From: an uncultured Holophaga sp. | GTDB taxonomy: Bacteria > Acidobacteriota > Holophagae > Holophagales > Holophagaceae | DNA length: 64,000 bases | Assembly: GCA_963664825.1 (NCBI GenBank) | Contig: OY761614.1 | Location: 1 to 64,000, forward strand | Reading direction: 5' to 3' | Shown: in pieces, positions 31,092 to 43,046 of the stretch | Layout of the letters: every line of letters starts with the position of its first letter | Numbering within the stretch: the first letter of the stretch is position 1 | Made by a program: the position numbers and the translations under genes | The notes under the pieces: generated by a model | What the model was told of the DNA's origin: nothing | The model's database searches: none | The model's input: the letters and a program-made list of their open reading frames with translations, nothing else

Positions 31092-31940
31092 ATGAGTGTC
31101 TCTTCCATCAGTTCAGCATCCAAGATGCAGGAGCTCATGGCTCTGCTCGCGTCTTCCAGCAGCAGCACCACGAGCAATAGCAATAGCCTCCTCTCGAGCC
31201 TGACGAGCAGCGATGCGGACTCCCTGAGCATCTCCTCTACCGGCCAGCAGCTGTCCAAATCGTCGGCTTCCAATCCCTTCAAGACCGATTTCGACAATCT
31301 GGGTTCGCTGATCTCCTCCGGCGACCTGAGCGCCGCGAAAAAGGCCTACGCGGCCATGCAGGAGAAGATGCAGGCCCAGAGCAGCGACAGCACAGGCGAT
31401 GACCCCATGGCCAGCGCGTTCGCGGCCATCGGGAAGGCCCTGGATTCCGGAGATACCACCTCGGCCCAGAGCGCATGGACCGCCATGCAATCCGTCCTCC
31501 AGAGCTTCAGTGCCAACTCGGTGCAGACGGGATCCTCCTCCTCCAATCCCATGAAGAACGATATGGACAAGCTGGGCTCCCTGATCTCCTCCGGGGATAC
31601 GGCTGGCGCCAAGAGCCTGTACGAAACGATGCTGCAGCGGATGCAGGCCCAGAAGCAGGACAGCCAGAGCCAGAGCAATTCAGACAACAACTTCCAAAGC
31701 GATTTCGAAGCCATCGGAACAGCCCTCGAATCCGGGGATTCGACGACGGCCCAGACGGCCTGGAACACCATGCAGGCGAAACTCGAGGGTTTCTCTTCAA
31801 GCAATTCCAGCAGCAGTTCCTCGGATTCCTCCAGCACGGCCAGTTCAACGGCGAAGGCCGCCGATCTTCAGGCGCTCCTCGTCTCCGTGTACGCGCAGCA
31901 ATCCTCGTGGTGGTCTTCCAACACCACCAGCGCGACCTAG
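31092..31940 (+). CDS. Ser-rich hypothetical protein with four helical repeats
   Basis: AGGAGG RBS; repeats of F/MxxLG/IGxxxxSGDxxxAxxxW/YxxMQ. Confidence 0.8.
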   Translation: MSVSSISSASKMQELMALLASSSSSTTSNSNSLLSSLTSSDADSLSISSTGQQLSKSSASNPFKTDFDNLGSLISSGDLSAAKKAYAAMQEKMQAQSSDSTGDDPMASAFAAIGKALDSGDTTSAQSAWTAMQSVLQSFSANSVQTGSSSSNPMKNDMDKLGSLISSGDTAGAKSLYETMLQRMQAQKQDSQSQSNSDNNFQSDFEAIGTALESGDSTTAQTAWNTMQAKLEGFSSSNSSSSSSDSSSTASSTAKAADLQALLVSVYAQQSSWWSSNTTSAT

Positions 31941-31967
31941 CCCCAGGACAGTCTTCAGGAGGAACGA

Positions 31968-32255
31968 ATGAGCATCACGGCGGTTTCCACCACGGCCTCA
32001 GCCTCTCTCCAGAGCAGCTCAGGCACCGGGTCCCTTGAGCAGCAGCTGAAAACCCTGGAGAAGGAACTCAAGACAGCCGAACAAAGCAAGTCGGACGAAA
32101 AGACCAAGGCCCAGAAGGTCCAGGAGCTGAAGGCCCAGATCCAGAGGGTCCAGGCTCAGATCCAGCAGAAGGAAGCCCAGTCGGCCCAGAGCCAGACAAC
32201 GGCCTCCGCCACCCCGTCATCGGCCAGCAAGGATCTTTTTAATTCACTGGCCTGA
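31968..32255 (+). CDS. FlxA-like small coiled-coil protein
   Basis: Ser/Thr-rich N-terminus; LEQQLKTLEKEL..KVQELKAQIQRVQAQIQQ; AGGAGG RBS. Confidence 0.65.
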   Translation: MSITAVSTTASASLQSSSGTGSLEQQLKTLEKELKTAEQSKSDEKTKAQKVQELKAQIQRVQAQIQQKEAQSAQSQTTASATPSSASKDLFNSLA

Positions 32256-32342
32256 AGGGTCTCCGGGCAGGCCATAGGTTTCCCATGCCCTTCCCGGAAC
32301 CCAGGGAGCTTCCGCCTCATTTATCTTGGGACGGAAGCCCCC

Positions 32343-32684
32343 ATGCTGATTCTGCTCGATCTCCTCCCCCAGACCCCTGCGGCCCTCTACGGGCCGCCGG
32401 CCCCGGTATTGAAGGGCATGAAGGCCCGCTCCCCCTCCTTTTCCCTGGAGAGAGCCACCCATGCCGCCCTGCGGGAGATGCCCGGCGCGGTGGTGGTGGT
32501 GGAAGAGGATGGGCCCGCCTTCCTGGCCAAGCTGCCCCCCACCCTGCGGCTCTTCAGCGGCGGCCTCCGTCTCTTCTCTGGAGTCGGCACCTCCCCCATG
32601 CCCGTCTGGATGGACCCCAATGTCACCATGTCCGGCGGCAATGTGGTGAGCCGCGTCTATTCCTTCGGAGGGGGTGGCTTCTAG
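32343..32684 (+). CDS. Hypothetical protein
   Basis: ORF with genome-like codon usage filling the gap. Confidence 0.55.
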   Translation: MLILLDLLPQTPAALYGPPAPVLKGMKARSPSFSLERATHAALREMPGAVVVVEEDGPAFLAKLPPTLRLFSGGLRLFSGVGTSPMPVWMDPNVTMSGGNVVSRVYSFGGGGF

Positions 32685-33019
32685 AGAAGCCTCGGCAAGA
32701 GCCGCGCCGCCTGATCCCGAGCCAGTTTGGCGGCCTCGATGGCGTGTTCCATGGCATGGGAGGCGTCCTGCTGGGGCGTGAGCAGCGCGAGGCACTGATC
32801 CCGCAGGCGCAACAATTCGCCCTGGGGGTCGACCAGATGGCGCGTGGCGGCCTCTTCGAATATCTGAAGGAAGCACTTCACCGAATCGCAGGCGGCACTG
32901 ATGGCCGCAGGCGCACTGCGCTGATCGGCCTGGAGCGCGAGGGCCGCGGCCAGGAAGCGCAGCCCATCCTCGAAGCGGCCCTGGTGCGGTCCGCTGGGCC
33001 CAGCGGAATCAGGATTCAT
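32681..33019 (-). CDS. Hypothetical protein
   Basis: ATGA overlap with the purF stop codon. Confidence 0.6.
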   Translation of the reverse strand: MNPDSAGPSGPHQGRFEDGLRFLAAALALQADQRSAPAAISAACDSVKCFLQIFEEAATRHLVDPQGELLRLRDQCLALLTPQQDASHAMEHAIEAAKLARDQAARLLPRLL

Positions 33020-34386
33020 CCCTTGCACTTCGCGGGACAGAGGGGGTACTGCCCCGTGAAACAGGCGTAGCAGAAGCCCTTGCCCCCGGGGTCGGTCATG
33101 GCGAGCTGGAGATCCTCCACGGTGAGATAGCCCAGGCTATCGGCGCCTACGAATTCACCGATCTCCAGTATGTTCTTCCGGGCCGCGATGAGCTGTTCCC
33201 GGTCGGGGGTATCGATGCCATAGAAGCAGGAGTGGGTGGTGGGAGGGCTCGAGATGCGCATATGGACCTCGGAGGCCCCGGCCTGGCGGACCATCTGGAC
33301 GATCTTGCGCGAGGTGGTGCCCCGCACGATGCTGTCGTCCACGAGCACCACCCGCTTGCCCCGCAGCAGTTCCCGGCAGGGATTGAGCTTCACCTTCACG
33401 CCGAAGGAGCGGATGGACTGTTTGGGTTCGATGAAGGTACGCCCCACGTAGTGGTTGCGGACCAGACCGAAATCGAAGGGAATGCCGCTCGTTTCGGCAT
33501 AGCCCAGAGCCGCATGGACGCCACTATCGGGCACGGGCACCACCAGATCGGCTTCCACGGGATGCCTCCGGGCCAGGGCGCGCCCCATCTCGCGGCGGGT
33601 GGCCATGACGCTGCGGCTGAAGAGGAAGGAATCCGGCCGCGCGAAGTAGACGTGTTCGAAGACGCAAGGACGGGGTTCCTCCTTGGCCAGCATGAAGCGA
33701 GAGCGCAACCCCTTCGCATCGATCACGATCATCTCGCCGGGGAGGACCTCCCGCTGGTACTCCGCATTCACCAGATCGAAGGCCGTGGTCTCGCTGGAGA
33801 GGAACCAGGAATCATCGAGACGGCCCAGGGCGAGGGGCCGAAATCCCCTGGAATCCCGGGCGGCAATGAGGAGATCCTCCGAAAGGATCAGGAGGGAAAA
33901 GGCCCCCTCGGCCTGCTGAAGGGCCTCCACCACGGCATCTTCGAGGGTGGAAGCCTTGGCGCGATTGATGAGGGCCAGGAGCACTTCGGAATCCGAGGGG
34001 CTGGTAAAGACCTGCCCTTCGGCGATGAGCCGGGCCCGGATGGCTTCCGTATTGATGAGGTTCCCGTTATGACAAAGGGCCACCTGGCCGAAGCGCCCCC
34101 GCACCAGGAAGGGATGGGCCGCGCTGGCCACATTGCCCCCGGTGGTGGAATAGCGCGTGTGGCCGATGGCCGTATCGCCCTTGAGCTGGTCCAGCACCGA
34201 TTCGGTGAAGACATCGGCCACATAGCCCTGGGCCTTGTGGAGGATCAGTTCGCGGCCAGCACGGCTGCAGATTCCGGCGGCTTCCTGGCCGCGATGTTGC
34301 AGAGCGTACAGACCCAGGTAGGTCTGACGACTGGCTTCCGGCTGCTGAAAGACCCCGAAGACCCCGCACTCGTCCTTGAACGGCAT
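33016..34386 (-). CDS. purF: Amidophosphoribosyltransferase
   Basis: DECGVFG, LQHRGQE, GHTRYST, VDDSIVRGTT, CFYGID, CYACF. Confidence 0.97.
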   Translation of the reverse strand: MPFKDECGVFGVFQQPEASRQTYLGLYALQHRGQEAAGICSRAGRELILHKAQGYVADVFTESVLDQLKGDTAIGHTRYSTTGGNVASAAHPFLVRGRFGQVALCHNGNLINTEAIRARLIAEGQVFTSPSDSEVLLALINRAKASTLEDAVVEALQQAEGAFSLLILSEDLLIAARDSRGFRPLALGRLDDSWFLSSETTAFDLVNAEYQREVLPGEMIVIDAKGLRSRFMLAKEEPRPCVFEHVYFARPDSFLFSRSVMATRREMGRALARRHPVEADLVVPVPDSGVHAALGYAETSGIPFDFGLVRNHYVGRTFIEPKQSIRSFGVKVKLNPCRELLRGKRVVLVDDSIVRGTTSRKIVQMVRQAGASEVHMRISSPPTTHSCFYGIDTPDREQLIAARKNILEIGEFVGADSLGYLTVEDLQLAMTDPGGKGFCYACFTGQYPLCPAKCKG

Positions 34387-34471
34387 CGGAACTCCAAAAA
34401 CCCAGTGTAAACCGCCCCGAGCGCCCACCCTAGCCCTGATCTCGGAGGCGAAGGCGATTCCCGCGCAGGGC

Positions 34472-35098
34472 CTACTCCACCACCTGAACCCCACCCTCCT
34501 CGGGCACCCTTGCGGGAGCCAGAGCCAGATGGCGCAGGGTGCGCAGGAGCAGGGTGCCATCTTCCGCGGGAGCTGCACCCGCCTCCAGATGGAAACTCTC
34601 CAGCTGGATTTCCAGGGTCGCCACATCGCCCCCGGGGAAGCTGCCGCTGAAATAGCTGAGGGCCAAGAGCCCCGGCGCGACTTCCAGCAGGTAGGCATAG
34701 GCTTGGACATTGGCGGGAATCTGCGCGGCCCAGACCCGACAGTTTTTTTCGCCGAAACGCACCACCAGGTCCCGGGGAATGGTCTCCGCCGTGGGGCCCG
34801 AGAAGTAGAGCATCCGCTCCACCCGGGCCAGCACCATAGCCTGGGAGAAGGCGGCATCCTTCGGCTGCTGGGCCTCCAGGCGCCAGGCCTCCATGCGGGA
34901 TTTCTTCACCCGGTTGGCCGTGGCCGCCACATGCGTGGGAATCAGCGTGAAGCGAGTCTCCATGGGCTGGGATTCCCCCTGCATCCGCAGCTTCACCCGG
35001 TAGACCAGGGCACCCGTGCCCCGCGGGGGGGCCGTGGCCAGAAGCACGGCGGGCAAGGCAAACAGGCACAGGAGACGCAGGAGACGCAGACGGGACAT
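34472..35098 (-). CDS. Exported hypothetical protein
   Basis: Signal-like N-terminus MSRLRLLRLLCLFALPAVLLA. Confidence 0.65.
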   Translation of the reverse strand: MSRLRLLRLLCLFALPAVLLATAPPRGTGALVYRVKLRMQGESQPMETRFTLIPTHVAATANRVKKSRMEAWRLEAQQPKDAAFSQAMVLARVERMLYFSGPTAETIPRDLVVRFGEKNCRVWAAQIPANVQAYAYLLEVAPGLLALSYFSGSFPGGDVATLEIQLESFHLEAGAAPAEDGTLLLRTLRHLALAPARVPEEGGVQVVE

Positions 35099-35200
35099 AG
35101 AAATCCACTCACAACCGGGGGTCTCGGAGTAGTCGCACGGGAGATCTAGCACCGGGTCAGGATCCAGTGTACTGGCCAGCATCCGGGATAAGATCACGAT

Positions 35201-35863
35201 ATGCCCCTCTGCTTCGATCTCGACGGCACCCTCGGCAGCTTCGGCGGCGGCTACCTCCTGCTGCGCCAGGCCCTGGGCGAATTGTGGGGAGGAGAGCCCA
35301 GCGCCGAGCAGCTCCAGGCCTGCAAGGGTTCCACGGACTGGGAGATCGTCGACGAACTGCACCGCGAGCGCTTCGGGAGTCCCCTGGATCTCCAAGGCTA
35401 CGAGGCCTACGATCGCGCCTGCCTGGCCCGCTTCGAGGCCACCTTCCACCCCAAGGGCCGCAGTCCCATCGTGCACCAGGGCATCGTGACGGGCATGACC
35501 CATCTGGTGGATGCGGGGCATTGCGTCTGGCTGGTTTCAGGCAATACCCCGCGTGTGCTGGATTTCAAGGCCCGGATGCTGGGCGTGGATATCCGGGTGC
35601 CGCGCCTGGGCAGCCTGCCCCACCTGGACCGGGTGGGCCTCATCCTCAGGGCCCTGGAGGGCTGCAGAGGCCCCCATCTCTACGTGGGAGACCGCCCCCA
35701 TGACCGGGATGCCGCGACCCAGGCAGGTGTGCCCTTCCTGGCCGTGGGCGAAGCCGTCCCGGGGCCACACCCCATCCTCGGCGCGGAAGCGGAGGCTGGC
35801 GCCCTGGTGGGGGCCGTGGAGCGCCTGCTGGGCCCCTGGGTCCCCAGGGAAGATCCGAGCTGA
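35201..35863 (+). CDS. HAD-superfamily hydrolase
   Basis: FDLDGTL, VSGN, YVGDRPHD. Confidence 0.88.
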   Translation: MPLCFDLDGTLGSFGGGYLLLRQALGELWGGEPSAEQLQACKGSTDWEIVDELHRERFGSPLDLQGYEAYDRACLARFEATFHPKGRSPIVHQGIVTGMTHLVDAGHCVWLVSGNTPRVLDFKARMLGVDIRVPRLGSLPHLDRVGLILRALEGCRGPHLYVGDRPHDRDAATQAGVPFLAVGEAVPGPHPILGAEAEAGALVGAVERLLGPWVPREDPS

Positions 35864-35905
35864 AAAGAGAACGGCTGGAGCATCCCACCCCAGCCGTTCT
35901 TCCTA
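35864..35905. terminator. Stem-loop between convergent genes
   Basis: AGAACGGCTGG...CCAGCCGTTCT with an A-run on the left. Confidence 0.65.
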
Positions 35906-35918
35906 TTTAGGCAAGCCC

Positions 35919-37964
35919 TCAGGCCTGACCACCCATCTGCTTTTTCAGATCCTCCCGGAGCTTCTCGGCCATGGGATCCCGAGGGGTCACAGGCGCGATG
36001 CCGGCCATGTCTGACACCTTCTGGCTGAGCAGGAGGCCCAACAGGTTCTCGATCACACTGCCTCCGCCCTGTTGGCCGCCGGCCATGTTGATCTTGGGCA
36101 CCACATCCACCTGGGATTTCTCGATGGCTTCGGCGAAGCGGTTCATGACCTGCTGCACCAACTGGAACTGCGGTCCGCCGTAGGCGCGCACCTGTTCCTC
36201 GATGGCCAAAGCCTGGGCCACGCCGACCCGGGCGGCCTGTTCGGCCTGGGCCTCGGCCATGACTTTGATGCGCTTGGCCTCGCCCTCACCCATGAGGCGC
36301 ACCTTCTCGGCCTCGGCGCCTGCGAGGGTCTGGATCTGGGCGGCCAGCTGCTGGGCCTTGGCGTATTCGGCCTTGCCCTGGTTGCTCTGCACCTCGATGC
36401 CGATGGAGGATTCCGTGAGGAGGGTCTGCTGCTTGGCCTTGGCTTCAGCCTCCCGCAGTTCCCGCTCCTTCACCGCCGCATTCTCTTGGCGCTCGTAGGT
36501 CTCCACCTGCTCGTTGGCGATCTGGCGGCTGCGGAGCTGGATGAGGATCTGCTCGATCTGCCCGCCGGGAGCGCCGCTGGTGGGCGTGCCGATGAGGACC
36601 TCCTGCAGCTCCAGGTTGTAGAGGACGAACTTCTCCTTCATCTCCTGGCTGCTCTGGGACTGGATATTGCTCCGATCCTGGATGAGCTGGATGAGCGTGC
36701 GTGTCTGGCCGATGTTCTTGAAATACGCCGAAACCATCGGATCGAGTGTCTGCTCCACGAGCTTTTTCACATCCCCGAAGCGCTGGATCACCAGGGGCGC
36801 CTTGCGGTAATCGATGTGGACAACCACTGACAAGGGCAGGCTGGGCTCGAAGGCGTCCTTGGTGATGAGGCTCACTTCCGTGAGGTTCTCGTCGAACTTG
36901 TGGCTGCCCACTTCGCCCTTGGTCCACTTGAGGATGAAGTTGGTGGTGGGCACGATGGCCACCTTGCCAGCGTAGGTGTTGAAGGCGTATTTCCCCGGCA
37001 GCAGGGGATCGCTCCACACGCCCCGCTGGCCCTGGGCCACCAGTTCGCCGTGGCGGTAGTCCAGCCCGCTGATATCGGCGCCCTTGTCGCCGGTGTAGCT
37101 CACCACCACGCCCACCGTGCCCACTTCGACCACCGTCTTGGGGATCAGTTCCACGGTCGCGAAGAGGCGATTGACGTAGTAGGTGCCCTCCACCAGCACC
37201 TGGTACTGGCGGCCCCGCAGGCCCCCGGCCCGCAGGAACTTATCGGAATCCTGGAAATTGTTGTGGTAGGTCTCGGGGTTGGCCAGGTCCTCCCCCACGG
37301 TGGGGGCGATGATTTCGCCGCTATGGAGGCTCGGCCCATCGTGGACCGTCACGATGCCCACCATATCGTCGGCACCGCGGATGATGATGGGCCGGAAGCC
37401 CCCGCGCTCGGCGATGATGGCGCTCATCTTCTGGAAGGTCTCCAGCTCGCTGCGGTCCAGGGGCAGGTAGTAGGTCTGGTCCTCGGTGAGGATGACGAAC
37501 TGGGCGATATTGATGGCGTAGGTGCCTTCCCGCAGGATCATGCGCTGGGGCCCCTTCTGGCCGCCAGTAGAGAGGAAGGCGCGCACATCCTGGAAGTTAT
37601 TGGCCTTCACGTTGCTCGCCAAGGCCTGCGTGGGCGGGAGGTCCTGACCATCCCGAGAGAACACGTAGCCGATCTTGCCCTGGGGGATCGTCACCAGGGG
37701 CATCTTGTGGATGCGGTACATGAAGGGCACGAAGAGATGCCAGCCGCCACGGAGCACTTCGGGCTGGAAACCGGCCTCGCCATTGAGGGCGATGAGGCCA
37801 TTTGCCACGGAGCCCCGACGGCTGACGAGCTTCTCCACGATGCCCACCCGGGTATTGGGGATGTAGCGGAAGGTCTTGGTGAGCAGGATCAGCAGGACGA
37901 TGCCCAGCACCATCCAACCTAGAACGACCAGGGCCGAGATGCCCTGAGCCTCAGGGATGTTCAT
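35919..37964 (-). CDS. SPFH/flotillin-like membrane protein
   Basis: N-terminal TM, SPFH core (ITKDAFEPSLPLSVVVHID), C-terminal EA-rich coiled coil. Confidence 0.88.
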   Translation of the reverse strand: MNIPEAQGISALVVLGWMVLGIVLLILLTKTFRYIPNTRVGIVEKLVSRRGSVANGLIALNGEAGFQPEVLRGGWHLFVPFMYRIHKMPLVTIPQGKIGYVFSRDGQDLPPTQALASNVKANNFQDVRAFLSTGGQKGPQRMILREGTYAINIAQFVILTEDQTYYLPLDRSELETFQKMSAIIAERGGFRPIIIRGADDMVGIVTVHDGPSLHSGEIIAPTVGEDLANPETYHNNFQDSDKFLRAGGLRGRQYQVLVEGTYYVNRLFATVELIPKTVVEVGTVGVVVSYTGDKGADISGLDYRHGELVAQGQRGVWSDPLLPGKYAFNTYAGKVAIVPTTNFILKWTKGEVGSHKFDENLTEVSLITKDAFEPSLPLSVVVHIDYRKAPLVIQRFGDVKKLVEQTLDPMVSAYFKNIGQTRTLIQLIQDRSNIQSQSSQEMKEKFVLYNLELQEVLIGTPTSGAPGGQIEQILIQLRSRQIANEQVETYERQENAAVKERELREAEAKAKQQTLLTESSIGIEVQSNQGKAEYAKAQQLAAQIQTLAGAEAEKVRLMGEGEAKRIKVMAEAQAEQAARVGVAQALAIEEQVRAYGGPQFQLVQQVMNRFAEAIEKSQVDVVPKINMAGGQQGGGSVIENLLGLLLSQKVSDMAGIAPVTPRDPMAEKLREDLKKQMGGQA

Positions 37965-38169
37965 AAGAATCTCCTTTCGAGGGACGGAGCCATTCTACGT
38001 CCAACCCCAAGGCCACCCGACGAGCCAGGGCACGGAAAGGCTCATCCGGCACTCCAAGGAGGGCTGAGGCCAGATTCCACCGCTGATCCGTGAAGCGGGA
38101 CAAACCTCACCTTGCGATGCCTATCCCTCCTGCGAGACACTCATGGCACGTTCTTTCCCAGGAGTTGCC

Positions 38170-41100
<2,931 letters not shown>

Positions 41101-41103
41101 TGC

Positions 41104-41140
41104 AAAAAGGCCCTTCCCATGTTCGCGAAGGGCCTTCTTG
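41104..41140. terminator. Bidirectional intrinsic terminator
   Basis: AAAAAGGCCCTTC...GAAGGGCCTTCTT. Confidence 0.7.
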
Positions 41141-41146
41141 TATCTA

Positions 41147-42199
41147 TCAAAGCAGCCCCATGGCCTGGGCCAGTTCAGCGTTCAGCACCGATCCCCCCGC
41201 GGCGCCCCGTTCGGTATTGTGGCCCAGCAGGGTGAATTTGATCCCCAGCACGGGACATCTCCGGATGCGCCCCACATGGACGCTCATGCCGCCATCCTGC
41301 TCCACGTCCCGGCGCACCTGGGGCCTGTTTTCGGCCTCGTGCAGGCGGATGGGCACGGAAGGCGCGCTGGGCAGTGCCAGACGCTGGGGCTCGGGTCGCC
41401 AATGACTGAGCGCCTCGCGCACCTGTTCGGGGCTGGGGTCCCCCTTCAGGCGCACGCTCACGGCCTCCGTATGGCCGTCCAACACGGGCACACGATGGCA
41501 GAGGGCCGAGATGGCCAGAGGCGCGTCTTCCACGCGATCCCCCTGGAAGCGCCCCAGCAGCTTGGCCGTCTCCACTTCAACCTTGGACTCCTCGCCCGGG
41601 ATGAAGGGGATCACGTTGCCCAGCAGATCGAGGCTGGAGACCCCGGGATAGCCCGCGCCGCTGGCGGCCTGCATGGAGGTCATGAGCACGGCCTCCACGC
41701 CGAAGGCCACTTGCAGGGGGGCCAGCGCCATCACCAACACCGTGGTGGTGCAATTGGGATTGGTGAGGATGGCCCCGGGCCAATGGCGCCGGGCGCGTTG
41801 GCCCTTGAGCAGCCCCAGATGTTCAGGGTTCACCTCTGGCACCAGCAGCGGAACGTCCTCCTCCATGCGGAAGCTCGAGGCGTTGCTGAAGACCAGGCCT
41901 CCGGCCCGAGCATAGGCGGGTTCCAGTTCCTGGGCCACGTCGGCCTCCAGGGCGCTGAACACCACAGGCGCGAGGGCCCGTTCGGGGGAAGCCTCCACCA
42001 GCACCCGATCCCCCAGCCCCCCATAGGGTTCTCCCTCCAGACGCCATTCGCAGGCCTCCGCATAGCGCTTGCCCGCACTGCGCCCGCTGGCGGCGAGGTG
42101 GGCGATCTCGAACCAGGGATGGGCCGCCAGCCTGCGCACGAAGCGCTGCCCCACCACCCCCGTAGCGCCCAGCACCGTCACTGGAATTTTTTCTGACAT
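41147..42199 (-). CDS. asd: Aspartate-semialdehyde dehydrogenase (archaeal/eukaryotic type)
   Basis: LGATGVVGQRF, TNPNCTT, SGAGYPGV, HNTERGAAG. Confidence 0.96.
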   Translation of the reverse strand: MSEKIPVTVLGATGVVGQRFVRRLAAHPWFEIAHLAASGRSAGKRYAEACEWRLEGEPYGGLGDRVLVEASPERALAPVVFSALEADVAQELEPAYARAGGLVFSNASSFRMEEDVPLLVPEVNPEHLGLLKGQRARRHWPGAILTNPNCTTTVLVMALAPLQVAFGVEAVLMTSMQAASGAGYPGVSSLDLLGNVIPFIPGEESKVEVETAKLLGRFQGDRVEDAPLAISALCHRVPVLDGHTEAVSVRLKGDPSPEQVREALSHWRPEPQRLALPSAPSVPIRLHEAENRPQVRRDVEQDGGMSVHVGRIRRCPVLGIKFTLLGHNTERGAAGGSVLNAELAQAMGLL

Positions 42200-42249
42200 G
42201 TTTTCCCCTTTTTCTCCGTGCCCCCGGTACTTCCGTGATGGGTTTTCCT

Positions 42250-43020
42250 TTACCCGCAGAGCACGGTCCCGCCATTCACGTTCAGGATCTCGCCGTGCAC
42301 CGCCACGGCCCATTCGCTGAGCAGGAAGGCGATGGGGCCCGCGATATCGTCGGCCACGGGAATGTGGCCCAGGGGGAAGAGGCCTTCCACCCTTTCCCGC
42401 TGGGCGAGATCCTCCCGCAGGGCAGCCGCCGAAAGGTCCGTGTCCACCCATCCGGGGGCCACGCAGTTCACCCGGATATGGGCAGGTCCCAGCTCCGTGG
42501 CAAGAGTCTTCGTCAGGGAGATCACGGCCCCCTTGCTGGCGGCGTAGGCCCCAAAGCCCGCCTCCCCCCGCTGGCCGGCGGTGCTGGAGATGAGCACGAG
42601 GCTGCCGCCCCCGGCCCGTTTGAGGGCCGGCACCACTTCCGCGTTCCACCGGAAGAGGCCCGTGAGATTGGTCTCCAGCACAGACTCCAGATTGGCCTCG
42701 TCCTTCAGCTCCGCAGGGGTGGGCAGCCAGACCCCCGCATTGCCCACGAAGGCGTCCAGCCCCCCCCAGGCCTGTTCCAGGCTGCGCACCACGCTCCGGG
42801 CGTCCTCCCGGGAGCGCTGATTGGCGGGAAAGGCCAGCACCTGGTGGCCGTCGGCGGCCAGGGATCTCACCAGCGCGTCGGCGGCATCCTTGCGGATCTG
42901 GTAGGTGAAGGCCACCCGCGCCCCCAGGCGGGCCAAGAGGCGCACGGTGGCTTGTCCGATGCCCCGACTGCCCCCGGTGATGAGGATGCGCTTGCCGGAA
43001 AGAGAAGGATTGAAGGTCAT
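42250..43020 (-). CDS. Classical short-chain dehydrogenase/reductase
   Basis: TGGSRGIG, NAG, catalytic S..YAASK, NCVAPG. Confidence 0.93.
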   Translation of the reverse strand: MTFNPSLSGKRILITGGSRGIGQATVRLLARLGARVAFTYQIRKDAADALVRSLAADGHQVLAFPANQRSREDARSVVRSLEQAWGGLDAFVGNAGVWLPTPAELKDEANLESVLETNLTGLFRWNAEVVPALKRAGGGSLVLISSTAGQRGEAGFGAYAASKGAVISLTKTLATELGPAHIRVNCVAPGWVDTDLSAAALREDLAQRERVEGLFPLGHIPVADDIAGPIAFLLSEWAVAVHGEILNVNGGTVLCG

Positions 43021-43046
43021 GGGTTTCTCCTATCGAAGTGAAAGAG

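Noticed and set aside
35060..35098. 9-bp repeat CAGGAGACG x2
   Set aside because: Encodes RLLRLL in a signal peptide; no partner inverted arm
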